Assembly: GCF_037042905.1 (NCBI RefSeq)
Contig: NC_087252.1
Span: 15,192,001 to 15,256,000, forward strand
Length of the DNA stretch: 64,000 bases
Direction of reading: 5' to 3'
From: Lytechinus pictus
Lineage: Eukaryota
Shown piece by piece: positions 1-10,400 of this stretch; positions within the stretch are counted from its first letter, which is position 1, and every line of letters begins with the position of its first letter. The translations under genes and the position numbers were made by a program. The notes under the pieces were generated by a model. It saw only the letters and a program-made list of their open reading frames with translations, did no database searches and had not been told where the DNA came from.

Positions 1-22
1 GAAGTTGAAGCCGAGTCCTGGC

Positions 23-951
23 CAGGGTGACCAGATTTCACAAAATGAAATACGGGACAATCGACAAAAAAAAAAGATCAAGAAAGAAGGCTGCACAGTG
101 TTAGACTTGTGAAAAAAGTACAGAATTGGAATTGGAAGGGAGGGTGAACGAAAGAATGAAGGAGAGAAAGAAAACAGATGAATTGAGAAGAAAGAAAGAA
201 AAAATGAAGGGGAAAATGAAGGAAATAATAAAAATATAAGAAAGTTCTAATAAAAGAAGGATGAGAGAATAAAAATAGATAAAAAGGTTTGTCATTCTTT
301 GAATTGAATATAGAAAGAAAAAAAAAGAAAAGGGAAGATGAATAAATGTGTGAAAGTCAAAACAAAGAAGAGAAAGACAAAAAGAAAGTAAGAAAAAAGG
401 AGGAGGAAAGAAAGAATGAAAATTTTCCTTCATTCTTGGAAAGAAAGAAGAAAACAGGAAGGAAGGAAGAAAGGGAAAGAAAGTATAAGGGAAAAGAATA
501 AGGACAAAATGAAATAAATAATGAAAGAAAGAAAGGAGGAAAGAGAGGGAGGAAAGAATGAAGGGAGGCCAGAATGAAAAAAAAAGAAAATAATGGAAGG
601 AGAGATAGAACGAAAATAAAAACGAGTGGAAGAGAGAAGGAATGAAGGAAATAAAAAAAGGAAATGTAATAAAGAAGGCAAGTAAGAGAAAGAAGAAAAG
701 AAAGAAAATGAACAGAGAGAGAGAGAGAGAAATGATCAGGAAATAAAAATAGATATGTAACAAAAAAGGGCAAGAAGGAAAGATAGAAGGATAGAAAAGA
801 AAGAAATAGGAAAAAGTTCAAACTTCAAGCAAATAAAAAACAATCCAATCATATAACAAAATTCCTAATGATATTTGGTGTTTCTTTTATATATTTTTGA
901 AAAAAAAATAAAATAAAATGTTTTAGAAATGAATAAAATACAGGACGTCTG
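23..951. mobile_element. non-autonomous hAT-like DNA transposon with GA-rich low-complexity interior; right TIR partly deleted
   Basis: Starts CAGGGTGACCAGA; ends ...GACGTCTG; flanked by 8-bp direct repeat GTCCTGGC (15-22, 952-959); purine-rich filler about 110-830. Confidence 0.6.
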
Positions 952-1299
952 GTCCTGGCCGAGTCAGTCCGAAGCTTGCATGCATTCAGCGCGATCTAGC
1001 TCGAGACTCGGCTGGCTCGATCGCTCGTGTACGTCCGTACATGCGCTCAGAGGGCGACGCGAGAGAGGGGTTTCCCCAGCTAGCTCCTTCGTCGATTGGT
1101 AGCGCATGCGCACATTGTAGTTTAGAAAGTAAAGATGGCAGCCTCCATCGAACGGGACCGCTGGCGATAAATTGTCGCCTTTTGTCGGTAAATTGGCGCT
1201 GATTTGACATGTTTCCACTGTTTTTTTACTGGTATGACATTGTATGAGAGATAATTGCAATTTATCAAAAAATCATTAAGCTTTACTGTCAATTTATCT

Positions 1300-1407
1300 T
1301 GTTCATTTTCAAAACAACCACTTGCCCGATCGGGCAATTGACTTTGAGAAATGCTTGCCCGCACGTCATTTTCACTTGCCCCGGGCAAGCGGGTTTGTCA
1401 TGCCCTG
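1300..1407. mobile_element. terminal fragment of a hAT-like element
   Basis: Repeated CTTGCCC/GGGCAAG subterminal motifs ending in ...TGTCATGCCCTG (CAGGG terminus on - strand). Confidence 0.4.
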
Positions 1408-2412
1408 TAAAAGAAGGATAAAAGGAAGAAAGGTTTCCATCATTCTTTGAAATGAATAAAGAAAGGTGAGATTAATGAATGCATGAAAGAAAAAATAAAG
1501 GAGAGAAAGGAAAAAGAAAAGAGGAAGAAAGAAAGAACAAAGGAAAGAAAAACTTTTCCTTCATTCTTTGATTTTGAAAGAAACCAGGAAAGAAGAAATC
1601 CCGCAATTTGCGTGCTGTCGCCAAGCGAAAGACAATGAAATCAAGATGGCGACGTAAACAAGGTGGCAAGTTTTTCCCCGTCTTTTCATAACATTTTTCT
1701 CTTTTTTTTAATGAATTCTTCTTTAAATTGAAGTCAATATGAATATCGTTCGTAGAAACATGAGAAATGTCGGAAATGAACTTGAAGTAGTATCCAATTC
1801 ATGGCCCATACTAAGATCTAGTATCTTTTAGTTTTAGAACCAGAAGGAAAGTAGAAATCTCGGGGGCGAAAGTTTCAGGTTTTTTGGCGGTGTTTGTAGA
1901 TGAATGCCAGCAATTCCTGGCTCCGTTGAGAGTACCGGTAAGCATACGTAAATACTAGTACTAGTAGGAGCCTCCTGGCTAAACGCACACGCTAGTGTGC
2001 CCTCTTCACACCACAGTCGCATCGCCATCGGTCTTGTCAGCCGTCGCGTCGGGCAGAGATCGGCTAGAGCAAACGGGTAAGCTAGATCTATTGTGATTCG
2101 GCCGCGCCGCCTAGTAAAAACCGGGCCTAAAAAATATTTTAGCAATCACAAGCCTACAAATCCGCAAATAGTCAAGAAATTTAAAACAGTATGAGGCAAC
2201 TTACAATCCAGAACACTTGTAGACTATGAAGTATGGAATATAGGCAAGAGCCACACAATTTCCAAAATGAAAAAGTGTCATTTTGTACGATCTCATGCAA
2301 TCACACAGAAATCAGTACCCGTGTAGTAGTAGTGCGCATGCGCAGATCAATTATGGTGTCGCCCATGCATCGCCACGCACTTTAAAAGGGTTAGAAAAAA
2401 TATAAATATATA

Positions 2413-3234
2413 CAGTGCGTCCCAGAAAAAACGAAACCGAGATTAAGCGACGATTTATCAGAACTTAATCACAAATAAAATAGACAAATGACCTACCAAT
2501 GTAAAGCTTAGAATCTCCTCTTTCATCTGATATTATTTAGATTATTCCTCATTCATGCATGAGTGAGCAAAAACAATTTGAAGAAAGGATACCAAAACTC
2601 ATTTGGCGGGGGTATCTCAAAAATTTCAAAAAGAAAATCACATGTCTAAAAAGTTCAATATCTGTTCTTTTATTTGATGCCTTAATCACAAAAAAATGGT
2701 CAAGAAGTAAAAAAGTTATGTTCCCTCGAAACAATGCTTGTATTTCCATAATTTCATTAAATAAACGTGTTTTCACCGGTTTCCCACAGAAGCTATCGAA
2801 TGGTTAACAAAAGACCTAATGCATGGCTGATTGTCAACAAAACGGAGTGTCGAGTGAGTTTGAACGCTAGCCTGTAAAGCCTCTTCCTTTTATGAAATTA
2901 TTGAAATTCCAGCCTTATTTCAAATAACCAGAACTTTGTTATTTCTTGACCATTTTCTGTAATTGAGGTATCAAATTAAAGAGCAGATATTGAACTTTTT
3001 AAAAATGTGGTTTTCTTTTTGAAAACCAGATACAGCCCGCCAAATGACTTTTTGGTATCCCCTCTTCAAATTGTTTTTGCTCACTCATGCGTGAATGAGA
3101 AATAATCTAAGTAATTTCAGATGAAAAAGGAGATTCTAAGCTTTACAATGGTAGGTCATTTGTCTATTGTATTTGTGATTAAGTTATGATAAATCATCGA
3201 TAAATCTCGGTTTCGTTTTTTCTGGGACGCACTG
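2413..3234. mobile_element. Tc1/mariner-type MITE with ~200-bp TIRs
   Basis: TA|CAGTGCGTCCCAGAAAAAACGAAACCGAGATT ... AATCTCGGTTTCGTTTTTTCTGGGACGCACTG|TA; long inverted arms; TA duplication. Confidence 0.85.
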
Positions 3235-3268
3235 TATATATAAATCTCTCAACACATTGTTTCATAAC

Positions 3269-4777
3269 CAGTGGTGTTACTACGGGGGGCACGTGCCCCC
3301 CCCCCCCCCCATCGGCTGGCCAAAAAAAAAATTAAAAAATGGGAGAACAAGGAGAAAAAGAGGGAGAAGAAATAAACGTAGTGGGAAAGAAGAAATTATT
3401 GTACATTATGTTATATTATATTATATATGTTATGTTATATTACATAAGAAATATATATTTTTCATAACTTTATGAAACATAATTTGCTCAGGGCCTATTT
3501 CATTATTCCTGGTACTCGCATTGTCTGTTTAACGAAAAATATAATCATGTTGTACTATTTAACGTCCTGTTTTCAAGTCAATATGCACCAAATATATTTC
3601 ATCGCACTTCGAGTTATTATTGTTTTATAATTATGTAGTGACATATGCTTCTTTTTCATGACTACTTGAAGTGATTGCCCCATTTTAAGGTCTGCATATA
3701 AAAATTTCCTGTCCGTGCTTACGTTCGAATTAGTGGATTGATGAGATATGTCTGCTCTTCATGAAGTCATAAAATCAGTCCTTAAAATGTCTCTTTTTCT
3801 AATCTAAATATCAAAAAATTTCAGCTCGCGCTTCGCGCTCGCATCATTTGGTTAGTGAAATACGTATGGTCTTATAGATTCCTACAAACAAGCCTTAGAA
3901 TGCCCCTCTTCAGATCTGCATTTCCTATATTTTCAGCTCGCACTTTGCGCTAGTGAGATGAGTATGATAATCATGATTACTATGACTTCAAAAAGCTCTT
4001 CATGTGTTTGGATGTGATTCTAACAAAATCAGCAATCGCTTGGCACTCGCAATTGATGACTATGGTGAGATACGTATACTCTTAATGGATTCCAAAAAAG
4101 AAATAGTCCTTAAAATCGTCCCTGTTTGGGGTCAATATATACAAAATTTTCAGCTCGCGCTTCACGCTGGCATCATTTTGTTAGTGAAATACGTATGGTC
4201 TTCGTAACAAACAAGCCTTAAAATGCTTCTCTTCAGGTCTGAATTTCCTAAATTTTCAGCTCGCGCTTCGCGCTCGCAATATTTGATTAGTGAGATGCGT
4301 TTTTTAATCATGATTACAATGACTACAAAAAGTGTTTCATGTTTTCTAACAAAATCAGCAAGCGCTTGGCACTCAAATTAGATGAGTATGGTGAGATATG
4401 TATTCTCTTATTTGATTTCTAAAAATAGTCCTTTTACTGTCTCTGTTTGGGGTCAATGAATACAAAAAATTCAGCTTGCGCTTCGCGCTCGCATTGTTTG
4501 TTTAGCGAGACAGATACGTATATTTATTTATTTTTTAATTGCTTATTATGTCCCTTTTTAGGTCTAAATATCAAAAATTTTCAGCTCGCGCTTCGGCACG
4601 CATCATTTGATCAGTGAGATACATTACATATCCGTTTAATGGCACAGTCCTTAAAATGTCTTTATAAGGTCAATAGGCCTACACCTGGCAATTGAGCGCG
4701 CTTTGTGCGCTCATCGAGTAACTCAATTTTTTTGCTGGTCCCCCCCCCCCAATGCCGTGACCCATGGTACGCCACTG
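3269..4777. mobile_element. non-autonomous hAT-like element with internal tandem repeats (AAAATTTTCAGCTCGCGCTTCGCGCTCGCA core)
   Basis: CAGTGGTGT...TACGCCACTG termini; 8-bp TSD TTCATAAC/TTCATAAT; repeated GCTCGCGCTTCGCGCTCGC motif 3820-4720. Confidence 0.75.
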
Positions 4778-4859
4778 TTCATAATCATACTTATTTCATT
4801 GTTATATTATGTCTGGTATTTTTCTTGGATTTCAATGTTTTTAATATAAAACTTTAAAG

Positions 4860-5010
4860 AACCTTTTGGTTGTTCTCCACGCAACCTTCCATACCCATGG
4901 CGACAGAGCCTTTTCAGTTGTGGCTCCTGCACTCTGGAATTCACCATTCTTCTCTCAGTTCCTTTAAAGTAGCACTTAAGACATATCTCTTCCGTAAATA
5001 GTATGCTTTC
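4860..5010 (+). mobile_element. degenerate 3' fragment of a CR1/L2-group LINE
   Basis: Translates in pieces to HGDRAFSVVAPALWNS...FKVALKTYLF, the usual C-terminus of L2/CR1-group ORF2. Confidence 0.6.
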
Positions 5011-5090
5011 AACAGTTAATAATATTATATCCGTAGTTAAGTTGGTAGTTCAGTTATTTAAGGTAGTTACGTCGGATGTTAAGTTGATAG

Positions 5091-5781
5091 TGTAGCGAAC
5101 CAGTCCGCTCCAGGTTTTGGTTATAATGCAGTAAACGTAGATGGCGCTATAGCTTTTGGTGCGTTAGAACTCAATGATCGACTTACGCAACGCACTGCGT
5201 AAGGCAGCTCTCGGAGACTATAAATAGCGGAGTTTCGCAGTGATCTCGTCACATCGACGCTGGCGGAGGTCGGAGTCGGACGAAGAACTCCCTGCGCTCC
5301 TCTCCAACTGGGCTGAATCAAGAAAAGGTTTGGAAATGAACATTGCTCGCTTAATTTCTACTACTGCAAATACAATTCTGGATAATTGGTGACGGTGTTA
5401 ATGTTGATAACCTGTACAATTGCTGAACAATGATGTATAATTAAAATATGACCGTTGTCATACACCAAATGTAATCATCGTCTCCAACCTGTGTGATCTA
5501 TGGAATCCAATTGACTACTGCAGTATAAGCCTACCCATAGAGATTATACAGCCCCAATAGAAATCTCTGTTCAGACTACCCCTCAACACTCCACCCCCAT
5601 ATATTTTGGGAAAACGGAACACGCCCAGGTCTCTACATAAAGCCATATTATACAGATTATAAGGAAGCCGCTCGCATCAAAGATGGCTAGCAATTCATCA
5701 ACGGATGAAGGTGAAAGAGGCAAGGGACAGGCCGGCCCCCCAGCATCCAGGACCCGTTCCAAGAAGGAGGGCCGCCACACA
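5091..5781 (+). repeat. 5' LTR
   Basis: TGTAGCG...CGCCACACA; no mismatch seen against 11850-12540; right end could be 5779 or 5781. Confidence 0.95.
5219..5226 (+). promoter_or_regulatory. LTR TATA box (copy at 11978-11985); candidate ATTAAA poly(A) signal at 5440 and 12199
   Basis: TATAAATA in the U3 position of the LTR. Confidence 0.6.
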
Positions 5782-7425
5782 AATGGTGTCAGAAGTGGGA
5801 TGGAGAACGTGAGGACATCTGGAACAAATGGCAGCAATTCTTCAGGGGATGAATCAGTTTCTACACATTCTGGAATCAAGTTATCTACCAGTAGGAGGAG
5901 GAAGCAGAAGACCGAGGCTCTAATGGAGATCGTCGAGATGATGAAACATCAAGCCAAAGCCCAGGAGGAAATGATGAAATACCAATCGAAGGCTCAGGAA
6001 GAGATGATGAAAAATCAAGCCAAGCTAGCTCAGGACGAAATAATGAAACAGCAAGCCAATGCCCAGGTTATGATGATGCAACAGGCTAAATCTATGCAAG
6101 CACAGATGGAGAAGCTGCTTTTATCATCCTCTAATGAGCAGAGTAAACCTACAAGGCGAAGACGAAGAAAACTGAGCACTCGGGGGAGCACAGATAGGTC
6201 TACACAAACAGCATCATCAACTGAGGAGGAGGAAGTTCCATCCAATACTACGTGGCGGAATAGCAGAGGCAATCCTATTAATTCGCCAGTACAAAATGCT
6301 GCCAGGAAGACGACATCGCCAGCGGTGCAACCAACTGCTGTGCGAGACCCTCCAATTGATGACAGTAGGCTCCAGGCCATAATCCAGCAAGCATTGGAAG
6401 ATACACTCCAACATGGGCATACGTCAAAACCAAGGTCATCACAGGATGCCCAACAGAAGCCTAGGGGTACCCACTTTATCAAGCCAGACAAATATGATGG
6501 ATGTTCATCATGGATTGATTACAGCCAACATTTCGACTCATGCCGAGCAGTAAATGGCTGGGATGATGAAGAAGCGGGGAGGATCCTAGCATCATGCTTA
6601 CGAGGTCAGGCACTAAGGCTGCTACGTGAACAAAGGCAGACAGTAGGCTTCAGTGATCTCAAGAGAATGCTGGCCAACCGGTTCTCAGATAATAAACAGG
6701 CTGAGAATCATCTACTAGAGCTAAAGCAAAGACAGAGACAGGAGGGCGAGACACTAAAGGAGCTTGCACAAAGCATCAGGGAGCTCACAGCATCGGCCTA
6801 TCCAGAGCTGGATTTTGATGTTCGGGACAGATTGGCGAAGGGACACTTTATGGACGCCCTTGTGAAACCCAAGCTTAGAGAGGCAGTGTTCAACAACCAA
6901 TGTAAGACATTGGACGAGATGGTACATGCAGCAGTGGTAGCTGAGGCCTTCCATCATTCTGAAGACCAGCGGAGCAGCAGGAAACCTAAGTACAGCAGGG
7001 CAATGACAAAGGAGAATGAGGAAGATAAACCAACTTCCGAACCAATCTCAGAAATGAAAGCTATGGTAGCTACCTTGAACGAAGAACTCTCCAAGCGTAA
7101 TGCTGAGATGACCACACTGAAGGAAGAATTGGAGGCCATCAGGACCGCATTACGGCAACAACCTCAGACTAATGATCCTAGTGACAAGCAACAGCAGAAG
7201 CAGGGAAATTCAGACAAGTTTGATGGTAGCTGCTACTATTGTGGAAAGAAAGGCCACATGAAGAGGAAGTGCAAAAAGAGGATGAGAGACGAGGCTCAGA
7301 TTCATCAAGCCGAGCAACAATATCAGAGCTCAACAAACGAAGTAAGGTCGCCCCAGGGGGGCATGGCGCGGCCGTGGAACCTGGAAGCACCAGCCCCTCA
7401 ATACCAAATGCCACACAGCCAATAG
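5683..7425 (+). CDS. gag: Gag polyprotein (580 aa; alternative in-frame ATG at 5800)
   Basis: Capsid-like region (PDKYDG..W.DY..HF..C..VNGW; R.Q.EGETL.E.A..IR.L); zinc knuckle CYYCGKKGHMKRKC. Confidence 0.92.
   Translation: MASNSSTDEGERGKGQAGPPASRTRSKKEGRHTNGVRSGMENVRTSGTNGSNSSGDESVSTHSGIKLSTSRRRKQKTEALMEIVEMMKHQAKAQEEMMKYQSKAQEEMMKNQAKLAQDEIMKQQANAQVMMMQQAKSMQAQMEKLLLSSSNEQSKPTRRRRRKLSTRGSTDRSTQTASSTEEEEVPSNTTWRNSRGNPINSPVQNAARKTTSPAVQPTAVRDPPIDDSRLQAIIQQALEDTLQHGHTSKPRSSQDAQQKPRGTHFIKPDKYDGCSSWIDYSQHFDSCRAVNGWDDEEAGRILASCLRGQALRLLREQRQTVGFSDLKRMLANRFSDNKQAENHLLELKQRQRQEGETLKELAQSIRELTASAYPELDFDVRDRLAKGHFMDALVKPKLREAVFNNQCKTLDEMVHAAVVAEAFHHSEDQRSSRKPKYSRAMTKENEEDKPTSEPISEMKAMVATLNEELSKRNAEMTTLKEELEAIRTALRQQPQTNDPSDKQQQKQGNSDKFDGSCYYCGKKGHMKRKCKKRMRDEAQIHQAEQQYQSSTNEVRSPQGGMARPWNLEAPAPQYQMPHSQ
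5784..5801 (+). other. primer binding site complementary to the 3' end of tRNA-Leu
   Basis: TGGTGTCAGAAGTGGGAT, just after the 5' LTR; reverse complement ATCCCACTTCTGACACCA matches the 3' end of metazoan tRNA-Leu(CAA) as recalled. Confidence 0.9.
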
Positions 7426-10400
7426 TTACAACCAGGTACAATGGAGAAATCAACAAAGGAATTCTGAAGGGCATGTATGTGCCAGTCACTATCGGTGGGA
7501 CACAGCTGAGTTTTCTGGTAGACACAGGAGCAACAGATACATACATCTCCAAGTCAGGCTATAGGAAACTACAAGAGAAGCCTACAATTCAAACTACTAC
7601 AGAGAAGGTTATGCTTGCAGATGGCTCACAACTAGAGGTGGATGGAAAGATCCACACAGAAGTGATAATAGGCCAGGGGAAGGCAAGGATCACCCTAATT
7701 GTCGCTGATATCTGTAGCGATGGAGTCTTGGGCATGGATAATCTTCTACAGTTAGGAGCAAGGCTTAACTTGGAGACTGCTACAATGGAAACCAAGTGGG
7801 GTTCAGTTCAGTGTCGCCATGAAGACAACACTAGAACTTGCTTCCGCATCATAGCTACTGAGATGTACACCATACCGGCAGGCCGAGAAGGCATCATTAC
7901 AGGAAAAGTACTGGATGGGGTTTCAGATGACGTTACAGGCATGGTCGAAGCATCAAATGATAGACGTCAACTTACACAGAAAGGCATCATCTTGGCCAGG
8001 ACCCTCGTCAGAACTAGTAATGGAGCAGTCCCAGTTAGAGTATACAACCCTACAGGATCACAACGTGTGATAAAGAAGGGGACAGAGCTAGGATATTTGT
8101 CGGCAGTATCAGAACTAGATATCCGAGCATCTCATCTTTCCAGTGAGGAGATTGATCTACCAGAGTACCTGACTGATTTGTACGAGCGGAGTATACAAGA
8201 GGTGCCAGAGCAGTACCATGCACCTATTGCTAAGCTACTGACTACATACCAGGATGTCTTTTCTAAGGGAGACTATGATCTGGGGAAAACCAACCTGGTG
8301 AAGCATACAGTTGACACCGGGCAGACCAGACCAATCAAACAGAGGCCACGGAAACATCCATTTGGACAGCGAGATGAAATCAGGAAGCAGGTCAACGATC
8401 TTCTGGACAGGGAACTCATCGAGCCTTCAGACAGTCCATGGGCAGCCAACATCGTCTTAGTCAGGAAGAAAGATGGCTCCCAACGCTTCTGTGTTGATTA
8501 CAGGCAACTGAATAGTGTTACCATCAAGGATGCATATCCTCTTCCTCGGATCGACGAGACCCTTGACGCACTCTCTGGAGCCAAATGGTTTTCAACGTTG
8601 GACCTTGCTAGTGGGTACTGGCAGGTAGAGCTTGACACGGATGCTAAGAAGAAGTCAGCTTTCCTAGCAGGTGGGGGACTGTATGCCTGGAAGGTCATGC
8701 CTTTTGGCATGTGCAACGCCCCAGCAACGTTTGAAAGACTCATGGACCAGGTATTGAGAGGACTGCACTGGGAGACGCTATTGGTCTACTTGGATGACGT
8801 GATCGTGTTCGGGAAATCCATTGATGAGGAGATGGCGAGGCTGCAGCAGGTGTTTGAACGTCTAAGACAGACAGGGCTGAAGCTGAAGCCAAAGAAGTGC
8901 AACTTGTTCAAGACTTCTGTTTCATACCTTGGGCACGTCGTCTCTGCAGAAGGCATTTCGACTGAGAAGGACAAAACAGAAACAATCAGGACATGGCCCA
9001 GACCCGAGTCAGTGAGGGAGGTCCGTGGATTCTTAGGCCTTGCATCTTATTACCGTCGCTTCGTTGAAGGCTTTGTCAGAATTGCTAGACCTCTGCACCA
9101 ACTGACAGAAAAAGGACGGAAGTTTGAGTGGAACCAGGACTGCCAAGAAGCCTTCGAGAAACTGAAGCATAGACTAGTCACGGCTCCAATACTGGTATAC
9201 CCTACCGAGGAGGGAAGGTTCATTCTGGACACAGACGCCAGCAATGATGGTATCGGTGGTGTACTCTCCCAGATGCAGAATGGCCAGGAACTGGTCATTG
9301 CCTATGGAAGCCGAGTCCTAAGCAAACCGGAAAGGAACTACTGTGTAACCCGTAAGGAACTACTTGCTGTAGTAGTGTATCTCAAACACTACAAGCAGTA
9401 TCTGTATGGTCGCCACGTCCAGGTGAGGACTGATCACGGAGCTCTGAGATGGCTGATGAATTTCCGGCAACCTGAAGGTCAGCTGGCAAGATGGCTGGAA
9501 GTCATATCAAGCTACGACATTGAGATTATACATAGAGCTGGAAGGATTCACAGCAACGCTGACGCTCTATCACGAAGACCATGCAGGCAGTGTAAGCGAG
9601 AAGGAGGCTGCATCTACGGAGGAGACACTAGGAATATCAACGTCATCACGTTGAGGAATGACAACCTAGCTGACATCCAAGAGGCCCAGCAGGAAGATCC
9701 TAACATAAATCCAGTCAGGAATGCACTGATGGAAGGAAGGAAGCCATCCCGGGAAGAGGCGACAGTATATCCTTTTAAGGTCAAGGTTCTTCTGGATCAC
9801 TGGGACCAGCTAGAGGTCAAAGATGGTGTTCTCTACAGGAGGTGGGAATCAGGAGATGGACGTGATGTCAGGTGGCGGTATGTACTACTTAAAGCTCTGA
9901 TACCGGAGGTGCTACAGGACCTACACTCTTCTCCCATGGCAGGACATCTTGGTATGACAAAGACTCTTCACAAGGTACAGGAACGCTTCTACTGGGTAGG
10001 AATGAAGGAAGATGTCAGATCCTTCATTAGGCAATGTCGAGACTGCGCTCGCCGACAGAAGGCAGGACCAGGGAAAAGAGCTCCGCTACAGCAGAGGCAG
10101 AGTGGGTATCCAATGGAGAGGATCGCCCTGGACATTATGGGACCATTGCCAGTTACTGATGACGGGAACAAGTACATTCTTGTGGTAGCTGACTATTATA
10201 CCAAGTATGTCGAGGCATATGCAATACCAGATGAAAGAGCTGAAACAGTGACACGGAAGCTAGTGGACGAATTCATCTGCCGCTATGGAGTTCCTAATGA
10301 GATACATAGTGACCAGGGCAGGAACTTCGAGTCCAACATCTTCCAAGAAGTTTGTCAATTACTGGGTGTCAGAAAGACAAGGACGACACCGTACAACCCA

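Noticed and set aside
101..821. Long F/L/S-rich ORFs (also 1472-1669 and 13099-13662)
   Set aside because: By-products of GA/CT low-complexity tracts; no protein motifs
7203..7209. Canonical-looking slippery heptamer G_GGA_AAT in gag phase
   Set aside because: The -1 frame hits TGA at 7221 and TAG at 7227, so it cannot lead into pol
5583..10177. Antisense ORFs within the Gypsy element
   Set aside because: Short shadows of gag/pol with no recognisable motifs
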